In this document: positions 8,740-18,422 of the stretch, piece after piece
Numbering within the stretch: position 1 is the stretch's first letter
Layout: every line of letters begins with the position of its first letter
Assembly: GCA_963830915.1 (NCBI GenBank)
Contig: CAWHOE010000051.1
Coordinates: 32,001-96,000, forward strand
Source of the DNA: a candidate division FCPU426 bacterium
GTDB lineage: Bacteria; Oederibacteriota; Muellerivitia; Muellerivitales; Muellerivitaceae
Length of the DNA stretch: 64,000 bases
Direction of reading: 5' to 3'
The notes under the pieces: generated by a model
What the model saw: the letters and a program-made list of their open reading frames with translations, nothing else
Databases searched by the model: none
What the model was told of the DNA's origin: nothing
Made by a program: the position numbers and the translations under genes

Positions 8740-10191
8740 ATGAGATCAATAAACAAGGTTTTAGCCGTATTGGCTGTGGCAGCTTCATGTGGATGGGGAG
8801 GATCACGGGTCTGGGCCCAGGATACGGCGGCGGAGGGGAAGGATGCCGCGCCGGTCTTGACCACCTCAGACCTGGAGATCATCAACAACCGGTTGACGGC
8901 ATTGGAGAAGAAGTCGGTCGTGGCCACTTTTGAGCATAACTACCTTGATCTTTCCGACCCAAAGGGCGATTTTGTCTTGAAGATCGGCGGGGTGGTCCAG
9001 GGAGATTACCGTTACTATTTTTCCCCCGCGTCCAGTTATGACAACTATTTACCGATCGGAAGCGGTACTTACCCCGAATTGGGAGCGACTTCCGGAACGG
9101 TCAATAAATCCAGCAGTACTTTCCTGGACCGGAAGGTGCGGTTGGACCTGATCGGCTTATTCGATCAGACAGGGGGTTTCCGCTTCCAGCCTGAATTCGG
9201 GGCGACCGGATACGCTATCCAGGACGCCTACGGCTTCATCAAGGCCGACCCGGCATTCCAGGCTCAATTGGGGAAATTCAAGGTGCCGATCGGTCTGGAA
9301 CGGCTCCAGAACGACACCGACACTCTGTTTGTGGAAAGGGCCTTGCCGACCGACTTGGTACCCAACCGGGACCTGGGATTGGAAATAACCGGCAATTTGG
9401 GCGGACGGTACGGTTACGCGGTGGCCTATACCAACGGCACGCCGGATAACTACACGCCTAATAACGCGGATGACGTGGCCTTGTCCAATGGGAAGGAACT
9501 CTCGGGACGGATATTCCTGACGCCCTTCGGACCGGATGATTCGATCCTCAAGAATCTGGGGGTTGGGATCACCGGTTCCTGGCTTTGGAACGTGAACTGG
9601 AACAGCAACGCCTATCCCAATTATTTCGTCACTTCCCTGGGCCAACAGCAGTTTTTCGCCTACCGGACCGGCGTGGCCCCTCAGGGGGATTTCTATCACT
9701 GGGATCCTCAGGCATACTTTTATAACGGTTCTTTCGGACTCTTGGGTGAGTATGTCCAATCGATCCAGGATGTTGGCATCAATAGCAAAACAGCTGTTGA
9801 TCTGACCGACCGGGCTTATCTGGTCCAGGCTTCCTGGGTCATTGGCGGCAAGGCTTCCTACCAGGGTGCGGCCGCGGATAACCCGTTGGACCTTTCCAAG
9901 GGTCATTGGGGAGCTTTGGAAGTCGCGGTGCGTGTCAACCAATTGACGATTGACCCGAAAGCGTTCAACGCGAACAAGACCGTTAATTTGGCGGCCACCA
10001 ATTCGGCCGAACAGGCAACGGCCTATGGGGTTGGGTTGAACTGGATATTTGATCCGCACCTCAAGCTGGTTTTCGATTGGGAAGAGACGGACTTTGTGGA
10101 AGGCAACCAGGTGACGCCGGTGGTGGCCGGGACGGTGACGAGCCTTCATCCGGAAAACGTGTTCACGACCCGAGTCCAAGCGAACTTTTGA
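8740..10191 (+). CDS. OprO/OprP-family anion-selective porin (likely sulfate)
   Basis: Signal peptide; QLGKFKVPIGLERLQ, FVERALPTDLVPNRDLG, WGALEVAVR, GVGLNW, C-terminal Phe; first gene of the sulfate operon. Confidence 0.85.
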   Translation: MRSINKVLAVLAVAASCGWGGSRVWAQDTAAEGKDAAPVLTTSDLEIINNRLTALEKKSVVATFEHNYLDLSDPKGDFVLKIGGVVQGDYRYYFSPASSYDNYLPIGSGTYPELGATSGTVNKSSSTFLDRKVRLDLIGLFDQTGGFRFQPEFGATGYAIQDAYGFIKADPAFQAQLGKFKVPIGLERLQNDTDTLFVERALPTDLVPNRDLGLEITGNLGGRYGYAVAYTNGTPDNYTPNNADDVALSNGKELSGRIFLTPFGPDDSILKNLGVGITGSWLWNVNWNSNAYPNYFVTSLGQQQFFAYRTGVAPQGDFYHWDPQAYFYNGSFGLLGEYVQSIQDVGINSKTAVDLTDRAYLVQASWVIGGKASYQGAAADNPLDLSKGHWGALEVAVRVNQLTIDPKAFNANKTVNLAATNSAEQATAYGVGLNWIFDPHLKLVFDWEETDFVEGNQVTPVVAGTVTSLHPENVFTTRVQANF

Positions 10192-10215
10192 TCACAGAAC
10201 AAAGGGGAAAATAAA

Positions 10216-11235
10216 ATGAAAAACCTAAAAAAATTATTGCTTCTGTCGTTCCTGACCCTTTCGGGAAGCGCCCTGGCCCAGAGCCAGGGCGCAAGCCCGG
10301 TGAATCTGTTGAACGTCTCCTACGACCCCACCCGGGAACTGTACGAGGACTACAATAAGGTGTTCGCCGAGCATTGGAAAAAAGAGAAGGGACAGGACGT
10401 GACGGTGAACGTGTCCAACGGCGGGTCGGGCAAGCAGGCCCGGGCGGTCATCGATGGGCTGGAGGCCGATGTGGCCACCCTGGGCCTGGCGGGGGATATC
10501 GACGCGATCGCGAGCAAGGCTCAGCTGCTTCCGGCGGATTGGCAAAGCCGCTTGCCCGAAAACAGCGCCCCTTATACCTCGACCATCGTGCTTCTGGTCC
10601 GTTCGGGAAACCCCAAGAACATCAAAGGATGGGAAGACCTGGTACGGCCGGACGTTTCGGTCATCACTCCCAATCCAAAGACCTCCGGAGGCGCCCGTTG
10701 GAATTTCCTGGCGGCCTGGGGCTACGCGCTGAAGAAATATGGGACCGATGACAAGGCCAGGGATTTCGTGACCAAGCTCTACAAGAACGTCGCGGTGCTG
10801 GATTCTGGGGCCAGAGGAGCCACCACGACCTTCGTGGAGCGGGGGATAGGGGACGTATTGATCGCCTGGGAGAACGAGGCCTTTCTGGCGGTCAAGGAAC
10901 TGGGACCGGGGAAATTCGAGATCGTGGTCCCGACCGAAACCATTCTGGCGGAGCCGACCGTGGCTTGGGTGGACAAGAATACCGAAAAACACGGCACCAC
11001 GGAATTGGCGAAGGCTTATTTGACCTACCTTTATTCGCCTGAAGGCCAGGATGTTGCCGCGCGCAACTACTACCGGCCCAGGGATAAAAAGGTGGCGGCC
11101 AAGTACGCGAAGCAATTTCCCAAGGTCAAACTTTTCACAATCGATAAAGTGTTCGGCGGTTGGAAAAAAGCACAGCCGGCCTTTTTCGGCGACGGGGGAG
11201 TATTCGATCAGATCTACCAGCCTGGGACAAAATAA
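10216..11235 (+). CDS. sbp: sulfate ABC transporter substrate-binding protein
   Basis: [39 protein letters not shown]. Confidence 0.95.
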   Translation: MKNLKKLLLLSFLTLSGSALAQSQGASPVNLLNVSYDPTRELYEDYNKVFAEHWKKEKGQDVTVNVSNGGSGKQARAVIDGLEADVATLGLAGDIDAIASKAQLLPADWQSRLPENSAPYTSTIVLLVRSGNPKNIKGWEDLVRPDVSVITPNPKTSGGARWNFLAAWGYALKKYGTDDKARDFVTKLYKNVAVLDSGARGATTTFVERGIGDVLIAWENEAFLAVKELGPGKFEIVVPTETILAEPTVAWVDKNTEKHGTTELAKAYLTYLYSPEGQDVAARNYYRPRDKKVAAKYAKQFPKVKLFTIDKVFGGWKKAQPAFFGDGGVFDQIYQPGTK

Positions 11236-11248
11236 GGTCGGGTTGGGA

Positions 11249-11273
11249 CCCCGCCCCGGATCCTGGGGCGGGG
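11249..11273 (+). other. GC-rich intergenic hairpin (mRNA stabiliser or weak terminator)
   Basis: CCCCGCCCC-GGATCCT-GGGGCGGGG after sbp, without a strong U-tract. Confidence 0.5.
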
Positions 11274-11352
11274 ATCATTTCCACAAAGGCGCTTAACCAT
11301 GGACATCACATCCTATTACGAGGAGCCTCTCTTTGAGGTCCGAGGAAAACCA

Positions 11353-11631
11353 ATGGCCATCACAGAAAAGATACCGATCCCGCATCGGTTGGGACTGCAT
11401 TTGAGGGCGGGGGCCGAGCTGGTGAAGGTCGCGAGCCGTTTTCAAAGCGACATAAGGGTTTCCAACGGTAACCGGACGGTGGACGCCAAGAGTTTGCTGG
11501 GGCTCTTAACCCTTGGGGCCATTTATGCTACGGTGCTTGAGTTTTCGGCCGATGGGGACGACGCGTCCCGGGCGATCCAGGCCATCCGGGAGTTGTTGGA
11601 AACTTGGAAGGGAAGAAATGAAACGATTTAG
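11353..11631 (+). CDS. HPr-family phosphocarrier protein
   Basis: GAGG RBS; GLHLRA (His15 site), VDAKSLLGLLTLGA (Ser46 site). Confidence 0.88.
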   Translation: MAITEKIPIPHRLGLHLRAGAELVKVASRFQSDIRVSNGNRTVDAKSLLGLLTLGAIYATVLEFSADGDDASRAIQAIRELLETWKGRNETI

Positions 11632-12448
11632 ATCCACCGGGGTATTGCCGGGCTTCGGCCTGTCGATGGGTTTTACCCTGACCTATTTAAGCCTGATCGT
11701 TCTTATCCCCCTGGCCGCATTGATATTGAAGACCACGACCATCACCTGGGGGCAATTCATCCAGAACGTCACCAACCCCAGGGTGATGGCTTCCTACCGG
11801 CTTACTTTTGGAGCTTCCTTGATCGGGGCCGTGATCAATTCCTTCTTTGGCGTGATCGTGGCCTGGGTCCTGGTCCGCTATGAGTTTCCCGGCAAAAAAC
11901 TGATGGACGCTTTGGTGGACCTGCCTTTCGCCCTTCCTACCGCAGTGGCGGGGATCACCTTGACCGCGATCTATTCGACCAACGGTTGGATCGGGAGCCG
12001 TTTGGCACCCTTGGGCATCCACGTGGCCTATACCCCTTTGGGGATCATGGTGGCCCTCACTTTCATTGGTCTGCCATTCGTGGTGAGGACCCTTCAGCCC
12101 GTTCTGGAATCCCTCGATCCCGAGATCGAGAAGGCCGCGGTCAGTCTGGGAGCTGACCGGTGGTATACGGTCACCCGGGTCGTTTTGCCGACTCTATTGC
12201 CTGCCTGGATCACCGGTTCTTCCCTGGCTTTTGCCAGGGCGGTCGGGGAATACGGTTCGGTCGTTTTCATCGCGGGGAACATGCCGATGAAAACCGAGAT
12301 AACACCTCTTTTGATCATTACCAAATTGGAACAGTACGATTACGCCGGGGCCACCTCCATCGGGGTGGTGATGTTGGCCATCTCATTCTTGCTGTTGTTG
12401 ACCATTAACTGGCTTCAATCCAAAACCGGGCAATACAGGATCCATTGA
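11618..12448 (+). CDS. cysT: sulfate ABC transporter permease CysT
   Basis: [49 protein letters not shown]. Confidence 0.95.
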   Translation: MKRFRSTGVLPGFGLSMGFTLTYLSLIVLIPLAALILKTTTITWGQFIQNVTNPRVMASYRLTFGASLIGAVINSFFGVIVAWVLVRYEFPGKKLMDALVDLPFALPTAVAGITLTAIYSTNGWIGSRLAPLGIHVAYTPLGIMVALTFIGLPFVVRTLQPVLESLDPEIEKAAVSLGADRWYTVTRVVLPTLLPAWITGSSLAFARAVGEYGSVVFIAGNMPMKTEITPLLIITKLEQYDYAGATSIGVVMLAISFLLLLTINWLQSKTGQYRIH

Positions 12449-13356
12449 TGAAAGAAACCTTGATCGTAAGTTTTAGAGGAACCCGAAACAACGACCCGGC
12501 CAGGGCCCTGACCGAACCCTTGTGGGTCAGGTGGTTCTTGATCGCCATCGCGGTATCGTTCATGGGCCTGTTCTTGGTGGTCCCTTTGGTCGAGGTTTTC
12601 GCTTCGGCGCTCGACAAGGGGTTCCAATATTATTTCAACGCCATCCGGGAGCCGGCGGCTTTGTCGGCCATCAAGTTGACCCTGATCGCGGCGGGCGTGT
12701 CCGTCCTCTTGAACACCCTGTTCGGATTATCCGCCGCCTGGGCCATCACCAAATTCCAGTTCCCGGGGAAAAACCTGCTGATCACCCTGATCGACCTGCC
12801 CTTCACCGTTTCCCCTGTGGTTTCCGGTTTGATCTACGTGCTCCTGTTCGGGTTGCAAGGTTTGATGGGCCATTGGCTGAAGGACCATGACATCCAGATC
12901 ATCTTCGCCTTGCCCGGGATCGTGCTGGCCACGGTCTTCGTGACCTTCCCTTTTGTGGCCAGGGAATTGATCCCTCTCATGCAGGAACAAGGTTCGGAAG
13001 AGGAAGAAGCGGCCAAAGTTCTGGGCGCCAACGGCTGGCAAACCTTTTGGAAGGTGACCTTGCCCAATATCCAGTGGGGGTTGCTCTACGGCATCATCCT
13101 TTGCAACGCCAGGGCTATGGGCGAGTTCGGGGCTGTGTCGGTGGTTTCGGGACATATCCGGGGTCTGACCAATACATTGCCCCTTCACGTTGAGATCCTA
13201 TACAACGAATATAACTTTACCGCCGCGTTCGCGGTGGCGTCCCTTTTGACCTTTTTGGCCCTCTTGACCCTGGTGGCCAAGACCCTGGTGGGCGCCAAGT
13301 ATTCCCGGGAACGAGGAGTGTTGACCACGAGTTTGGAAAACGAGGTAACGCCATGA
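12448..13356 (+). CDS. cysW: sulfate ABC transporter permease CysW
   Basis: [33 protein letters not shown]. Confidence 0.95.
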   Translation: MKETLIVSFRGTRNNDPARALTEPLWVRWFLIAIAVSFMGLFLVVPLVEVFASALDKGFQYYFNAIREPAALSAIKLTLIAAGVSVLLNTLFGLSAAWAITKFQFPGKNLLITLIDLPFTVSPVVSGLIYVLLFGLQGLMGHWLKDHDIQIIFALPGIVLATVFVTFPFVARELIPLMQEQGSEEEEAAKVLGANGWQTFWKVTLPNIQWGLLYGIILCNARAMGEFGAVSVVSGHIRGLTNTLPLHVEILYNEYNFTAAFAVASLLTFLALLTLVAKTLVGAKYSRERGVLTTSLENEVTP

Positions 13357-14393
13357 GCATCGAAGTCCGTGGTTTAAGCAAATACTTCAACGGGTTCAAA
13401 GCCGTCCATGAAGTCAGCGTAAAACTGGAAACCGGTTCCTTGACGGCTCTTTTGGGCCCTTCCGGTTCTGGAAAAAGCACCCTTCTTCGGATGATCGCGG
13501 GATTGGAAGTGCCGGACGCGGGCGAGATCCATCTGACCGGTCGAGAAGCCACCTATGTCACGGCCAAGGAACGAAACGTGGGTTTCGTGTTCCAGCATTA
13601 CGCCCTGTTCAAACACATGACGGTCTATGAGAACATCGCCTTCGGGCTTCGGGTCCGCAAACAAACCGAGAAAGAGATCAAAGACAGGGTTTATGAGCTT
13701 CTCAACCTGATCCAGTTGACCGGTTATGAAAAGCGTTACCCTTCCCAGCTTTCAGGCGGTCAGCGGCAAAGGGTGGCGGTGGCTCGGGCTTTGGCTCCCC
13801 GACCGGAAGTTCTTTTGCTGGATGAACCCTTCGGGGCTTTGGACGCCAAAGTGCGGGAAGAACTGAGGGACTGGATATTGAAACTCCATGAGGAGACCAG
13901 TGTGACCACCCTTTTCGTGACCCACGACCAACAGGAAGCCATGGAAGTGGCCAGCCGGATACTCATTATGAACAAGGGACAGATCGAGCAGGATGGCACC
14001 CCGATCGAGATCTTCGACAAACCAGCCACCCATTTCATCGCCCAGTTCGTGGGGGAGACCAATTTCATCGACACCGAAGTAACGGAAAAGGGTTTGGCGG
14101 TCTGGGGACCTTTCCGTTTTTCAATCAACCCAACTTTGGCCGTGAAGCGGAAAATACGAATCTATTTCAGGCCGAACGATGTTTATATGACCGAGCAGTT
14201 CGAGACCCTGCAGGTACAGGCCAAGATCGCCAAGACCAGGTTCAAGGGAACGGTCATCGAGTACCAGTTGGATATCGGGGGGGATAAGAACATTTCCGCC
14301 CAGATACCCAAAGGCGTGGCTTTGGCCAGCGGTTTCAAGGAAGGCCAGTTCGTTTACGCGGCCATCACGGCTTTCCACGTGTTCCCACTCTGA
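13353..14393 (+). CDS. cysA: sulfate ABC transporter ATP-binding protein CysA
   Basis: [44 protein letters not shown]. Confidence 0.93.
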   Translation: MSIEVRGLSKYFNGFKAVHEVSVKLETGSLTALLGPSGSGKSTLLRMIAGLEVPDAGEIHLTGREATYVTAKERNVGFVFQHYALFKHMTVYENIAFGLRVRKQTEKEIKDRVYELLNLIQLTGYEKRYPSQLSGGQRQRVAVARALAPRPEVLLLDEPFGALDAKVREELRDWILKLHEETSVTTLFVTHDQQEAMEVASRILIMNKGQIEQDGTPIEIFDKPATHFIAQFVGETNFIDTEVTEKGLAVWGPFRFSINPTLAVKRKIRIYFRPNDVYMTEQFETLQVQAKIAKTRFKGTVIEYQLDIGGDKNISAQIPKGVALASGFKEGQFVYAAITAFHVFPL

Positions 14394-14540
14394 TCAAAGT
14401 GGATTAATCTCTTGGGTTAAGCATTGAGATATAGCGTTGGAAAGTGTATTTTTGTTGAGCTTTCGCGGCTCTCCCTCTGGATTTTAGGATTCCAAAAGCC
14501 GAATAATGTCTGAAATCGAATCGAAAAGAGTTATGGCATC

Positions 14541-15455
14541 GTGACTGACGTTAAAACCTTATCCCATTTGAAACAGCTGGAAGCGGAAAGCATCTTCATC
14601 CTGCGGGAAGTGGTGGCCGAGTTCAAGAACCCGGTCATGCTTTATTCCGTGGGAAAGGATTCCAGCGTCATGGTGCGCCTGGCCCAGAAGGCCTTCCACC
14701 CAGGCAAAATACCTTTCCCTCTATTACATGTGGACACGGGTTACAAATTCCCCGAGATGTACGAGTTCAGGGATAAATTCGTGAAGGAGATCGGGGCCAA
14801 TCTTCTGGTGGAACGCAATGAGGATGCCATCGCGGGCGGAGCGAGTCCTTTCAAGTATGGGGTCCAGAAATGCTGCGGATTGTTGAAAACCCAAGGTTTG
14901 TTGGATGCCCTGACCAAACACGGATATGACGCCGCTTTCGGGGGGGCCAGGCGGGAAGAGGAAAAGTCCCGAGCGAAGGAAAGGGTCTATTCTTTCCGGG
15001 ATTCCTTCGGGCAATGGGACCCCAAGAACCAACGGCCTGAGCTTTGGGACCTTTATAACTCCCGGGTCAACGAGGGGGAGTCCATCCGGGTGTTCCCCTT
15101 GTCCAATTGGACCGAGTTGGACATCTGGCTCTATATCGAGTTGGAGAAGATCCCGGTAGTCCCCATTTATTTCACCCACACCCGAAAGATCATCAAACGC
15201 AAAAGCCTGCTTATCCCCTGGGCGGGACATATACCCATCCTGCCGGGGGATGAAGTGAAGGATATGAGGGTCAGGTTCCGCTCGTTGGGATGTATGTCCT
15301 GCACGGGCGCTGTCCAATCGGACCAGGAAGTGCATGACCTGAAAGGAATCATCGAGGACCTGATCGGTACCCGAAAGAGCGAGAGGGAAAACCGCATCAT
15401 CGACCACGGGTCGGATAGTTCCATGGAACAAAAGAAAAAAGAAGGATACTTCTAA
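14541..15455 (+). CDS. cysD: sulfate adenylyltransferase subunit 2
   Basis: [51 protein letters not shown]. Confidence 0.97.
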   Translation: MTDVKTLSHLKQLEAESIFILREVVAEFKNPVMLYSVGKDSSVMVRLAQKAFHPGKIPFPLLHVDTGYKFPEMYEFRDKFVKEIGANLLVERNEDAIAGGASPFKYGVQKCCGLLKTQGLLDALTKHGYDAAFGGARREEEKSRAKERVYSFRDSFGQWDPKNQRPELWDLYNSRVNEGESIRVFPLSNWTELDIWLYIELEKIPVVPIYFTHTRKIIKRKSLLIPWAGHIPILPGDEVKDMRVRFRSLGCMSCTGAVQSDQEVHDLKGIIEDLIGTRKSERENRIIDHGSDSSMEQKKKEGYF

Positions 15456-15458
15456 AGG

Positions 15459-15596
15459 CAGCCGACAGACGACAGTTCGCAGTCGTCAGGGAAAATTACG
15501 GCGAAAGAATTTCCGCCTGAGGATTCCGGTAGTATAAATTACGGCTAGGATCGATCGGCTGGAACATAGCAACCGTCGACTGTTGACTGTCGACTG
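15459..15596. repeat. inverted arrays of degenerate 7-mer repeats (CAGTCGA-like) flanking an ~85-nt core
   Basis: CAGCCGA CAGACGA CAGTTCG CAGTCGT CAG (15459-15489) versus CCGTCGA CTGTTGA CTGTCGA CTG (15573-15596). Confidence 0.65.
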
Positions 15597-15610
15597 AAAA
15601 CGGAGTTGGA

Positions 15611-16879
15611 ATGACGATCGACGAAAGATCCGAGATAAGTTACGCCAATATGGGTCTGCTTCGTTTCTCGACCGCGGGGTCGGTTGACGACGGCAAGTCC
15701 ACGCTCATTGGGCGGTTGCTTTTCGATTCCAAGGGTGTTTTCGAGGACCAACTGGAAGCCATCCGTAAGACCACCCGCCGGAAGGGCCGGGAAGAGATCG
15801 ACCTGGCCCTCATCACCGACGGCCTGGAAGCCGAAAGGGAACAGGGCATCACCATCGATGTGGCCTACCGTTATTTCGCCACACCGAAACGCAAGTTCAT
15901 CATCGCCGATAGTCCCGGCCACGAGCAATATACCCGAAATATGGTCACGGGCGCCTCGACCGCCAACCTTTCCATCATCCTTTTGGACGCGCGCAATGGG
16001 GTCATGACCCAATCCCGACGGCATGGTTACATCGCCACCTTACTGGGCATTCCCCATCTGGTCGTGGCCATCAATAAGATGGACCTTGTGGATTATTCCC
16101 AGGAAGTTTTTGAGAGGATCCGGAAAGAATACGAGGCTTTCGGAAGGAGCATCGGGGCCAAGGAACTGGTGATGATACCGATCTCGGCCCTCAAGGGCGA
16201 TAATGTGGTAGAAAAGAGCCAGAAGATGCCCTGGTACCAGGGACCGACCCTTTTGGAACATCTGGAGTCGGTCGAGATCGACCATGACCTGAACCTGGAG
16301 GATTTCCGCTTCCCGGTCCAAACGGTCCTTCGTCCCAACCTGGATTACCGGGGATTCGCGGGCCGGGTGGCCTCGGGTGTGGTGAAGAAAGGGGATCGGA
16401 TCATGGTCCTTCCCACGGGGTTCGAGTCGACCGTCAAAACCATCGATACCTTCGATGGGGAATTGGAACAAGCTTATCCGCCCATGTCGGTGACCTTGCG
16501 ATTGGCCGATGAGCTGGATATTTCCCGCGGGGATATGCTGGTTCACCCCGGCCATAAACCCTTGAGTTCCAATTCGTTCACCGCCGACCTTTGTTGGATG
16601 GTGACCGAACCGCTCTCTTTACAGAAAAAATACGTCCTCAAGCATACGACCCAATCGCTCAAGGCCATGGTGAAAAGCATCGAATACCGGACCAATATCA
16701 ACACGCTTGAAAAAGAGACGGTCGATAAACTCCAGCTGAACGATATCGCGAGGGTCAAGATCCAAACCCTGAAACCTCTTTATTACGACCCCTATCTCAA
16801 GAACCGGAACACGGGAAATTTCATATTGATCGACGAGTTGTCCAACAACACCGTGGCCGCGGGGATGATCGTTGGATAA
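15611..16879 (+). CDS. cysN: sulfate adenylyltransferase subunit 1 (GTPase, no APS kinase domain)
   Basis: [51 protein letters not shown]. Confidence 0.97.
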   Translation: MTIDERSEISYANMGLLRFSTAGSVDDGKSTLIGRLLFDSKGVFEDQLEAIRKTTRRKGREEIDLALITDGLEAEREQGITIDVAYRYFATPKRKFIIADSPGHEQYTRNMVTGASTANLSIILLDARNGVMTQSRRHGYIATLLGIPHLVVAINKMDLVDYSQEVFERIRKEYEAFGRSIGAKELVMIPISALKGDNVVEKSQKMPWYQGPTLLEHLESVEIDHDLNLEDFRFPVQTVLRPNLDYRGFAGRVASGVVKKGDRIMVLPTGFESTVKTIDTFDGELEQAYPPMSVTLRLADELDISRGDMLVHPGHKPLSSNSFTADLCWMVTEPLSLQKKYVLKHTTQSLKAMVKSIEYRTNINTLEKETVDKLQLNDIARVKIQTLKPLYYDPYLKNRNTGNFILIDELSNNTVAAGMIVG

Positions 16880-18317
16880 CCTGGCCCGAAATAAGGCCCG
16901 ATTCTCTCGAAACACTTTTTATTATGGTATCGCCTTCGTTTCCCTGATCGTTTTGATCTCGAACATTCCAACCGCTTACCAACGTTTGACCTGCGCCTTT
17001 CAAGTTCAACAGGAAGAAGCTGTTAACCTTGAATTCGGCCGAGTCCTTTTAGAAAAGGGGACCCTTTACCGCGATATCCGCCAAGAGGGGCCCTATCTCC
17101 ACCCTTATCCTTTTCTTTATCCTTATTACCTATCGGTTTGTATGAGACTCATCCCGGGACTTTGGCTGCCTGGCCGTTTGCCCGCCTTTTTGGCTTTTGG
17201 AGCCTGTGGTCTGTGCCTGGCCTTTTGGGGATGGAAACGGTGGGGGCCGTCGATCACGCTGGCCCTCCTGGGTTTGTTCTTTCTCTCGCCCACTTGGTTC
17301 TCTTGGAGCACCATGGCTCGGATGGACAGCCTCCTGGTCTTGATCGATCTCGTCGCGTTCTTGACCCTGTACAGGAAGTATCCGGAGGGTGGGAAAAATA
17401 ATAAGGACACTGAGCTGAGATCCTGGATGCTCGCCGGGCTTCTCAATTCACTGGGGCTTATGATGAAGTTCAGCGCTTGCATCTTTACTCTGACGGCCTT
17501 GACCTTCGCGCTTAAAAACCGGAAATGGAAACAAGCTGGTGTTTTTCTCTTGGCCGTTCTCATTCCCACGGCCCTTACAACCGCCTATTGGCAATGGGTA
17601 AGCCATGGCGCGTATGGCTTGTTGTTGAAATGGCAGGCTGGCGACCTTCACTTGACCTTTCTCTGGTCCATGTTGAGCACATCCTTTATGAGGGAATGCG
17701 GATGGTTAGTACTGGCGCTATTGCCCTTTCTTATCATCGGGTCTATTCCTTTGATGTTGAGGCTCCAAGTTATTTTCTCGGTCTTGTGGTTTTTGTTGGC
17801 GGCCTGCGAAGCCACCTCGGCCGAAAATCACTATATGGAATTCTTGGTCTTCGGTTTATTCGCTTTAGGCGAGGGGTTGGCTAAAAAAAGGATCCCCCTA
17901 CCTCAATGGAACAGGGCGGTGATGGCCCTTCTGGCAGTCGGGTTAGTGATGTATACCCTCGCGCCCCGGCCTGTCCTGCCATCCCCGGAAGAGATAAAGG
18001 CAAAAACACAAATGCTCTCCCTTTATGACAAGGCGGGTGATTATTTCGCCATTGACTCGGATCTGCCCTACATGGCGGGAAAAAGGATCTGGTACCAATA
18101 TTCCGGGCTCATGAACATCTACCTCGCGGGTTTATGGAGTCCCGACGCGTTGATAAGGGATGTTCGGGCAAAAAAATTCATTTCCGCTGAAGTTTATGAC
18201 AAGAATAATCCCGTTCCGAAGCCGGTGTTGGAGGCATTGGAAGATAATTACCAAACCACGGTTACGGCTTATGGACGAAAATGGTATGTCCCCCGCGTGA
18301 CGTCCGAGAAAAAGTGA
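16872..18317 (+). CDS. multi-pass membrane protein, GT-C/ArnT-like glycosyltransferase
   Basis: Many TM helices; EE in the first loop, YPFLY, ARMD and MKFS motifs typical of the PMT_2/ArnT-like family; overlaps the cysN stop. Confidence 0.6.
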   Translation: MDNLARNKARFSRNTFYYGIAFVSLIVLISNIPTAYQRLTCAFQVQQEEAVNLEFGRVLLEKGTLYRDIRQEGPYLHPYPFLYPYYLSVCMRLIPGLWLPGRLPAFLAFGACGLCLAFWGWKRWGPSITLALLGLFFLSPTWFSWSTMARMDSLLVLIDLVAFLTLYRKYPEGGKNNKDTELRSWMLAGLLNSLGLMMKFSACIFTLTALTFALKNRKWKQAGVFLLAVLIPTALTTAYWQWVSHGAYGLLLKWQAGDLHLTFLWSMLSTSFMRECGWLVLALLPFLIIGSIPLMLRLQVIFSVLWFLLAACEATSAENHYMEFLVFGLFALGEGLAKKRIPLPQWNRAVMALLAVGLVMYTLAPRPVLPSPEEIKAKTQMLSLYDKAGDYFAIDSDLPYMAGKRIWYQYSGLMNIYLAGLWSPDALIRDVRAKKFISAEVYDKNNPVPKPVLEALEDNYQTTVTAYGRKWYVPRVTSEKK

Positions 18318-18422
18318 TAGGATATTGGTCGAATCATCTGACAAATCGCATTTTGGGTTTGAATTCACGTAATCATGTCTGCACAATAAGTGTTTCTTAA
18401 GCCTTTCTTCCAAAGGATCTCG

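Noticed and set aside
8300..8740. T-box or SAM-I (S-box) leader
   Set aside because: No GGTGGNACCRCG T-box and no ATC.AGAG...GGC.C...CAACC...GGTGC S-box core
6840..16555. Long minus-strand ORFs (e.g. 6840-7766, 9157-10179, 10234-11115, 14724-15431)
   Set aside because: Antisense shadows of well-supported GC3-rich plus-strand genes, with no recognisable motifs
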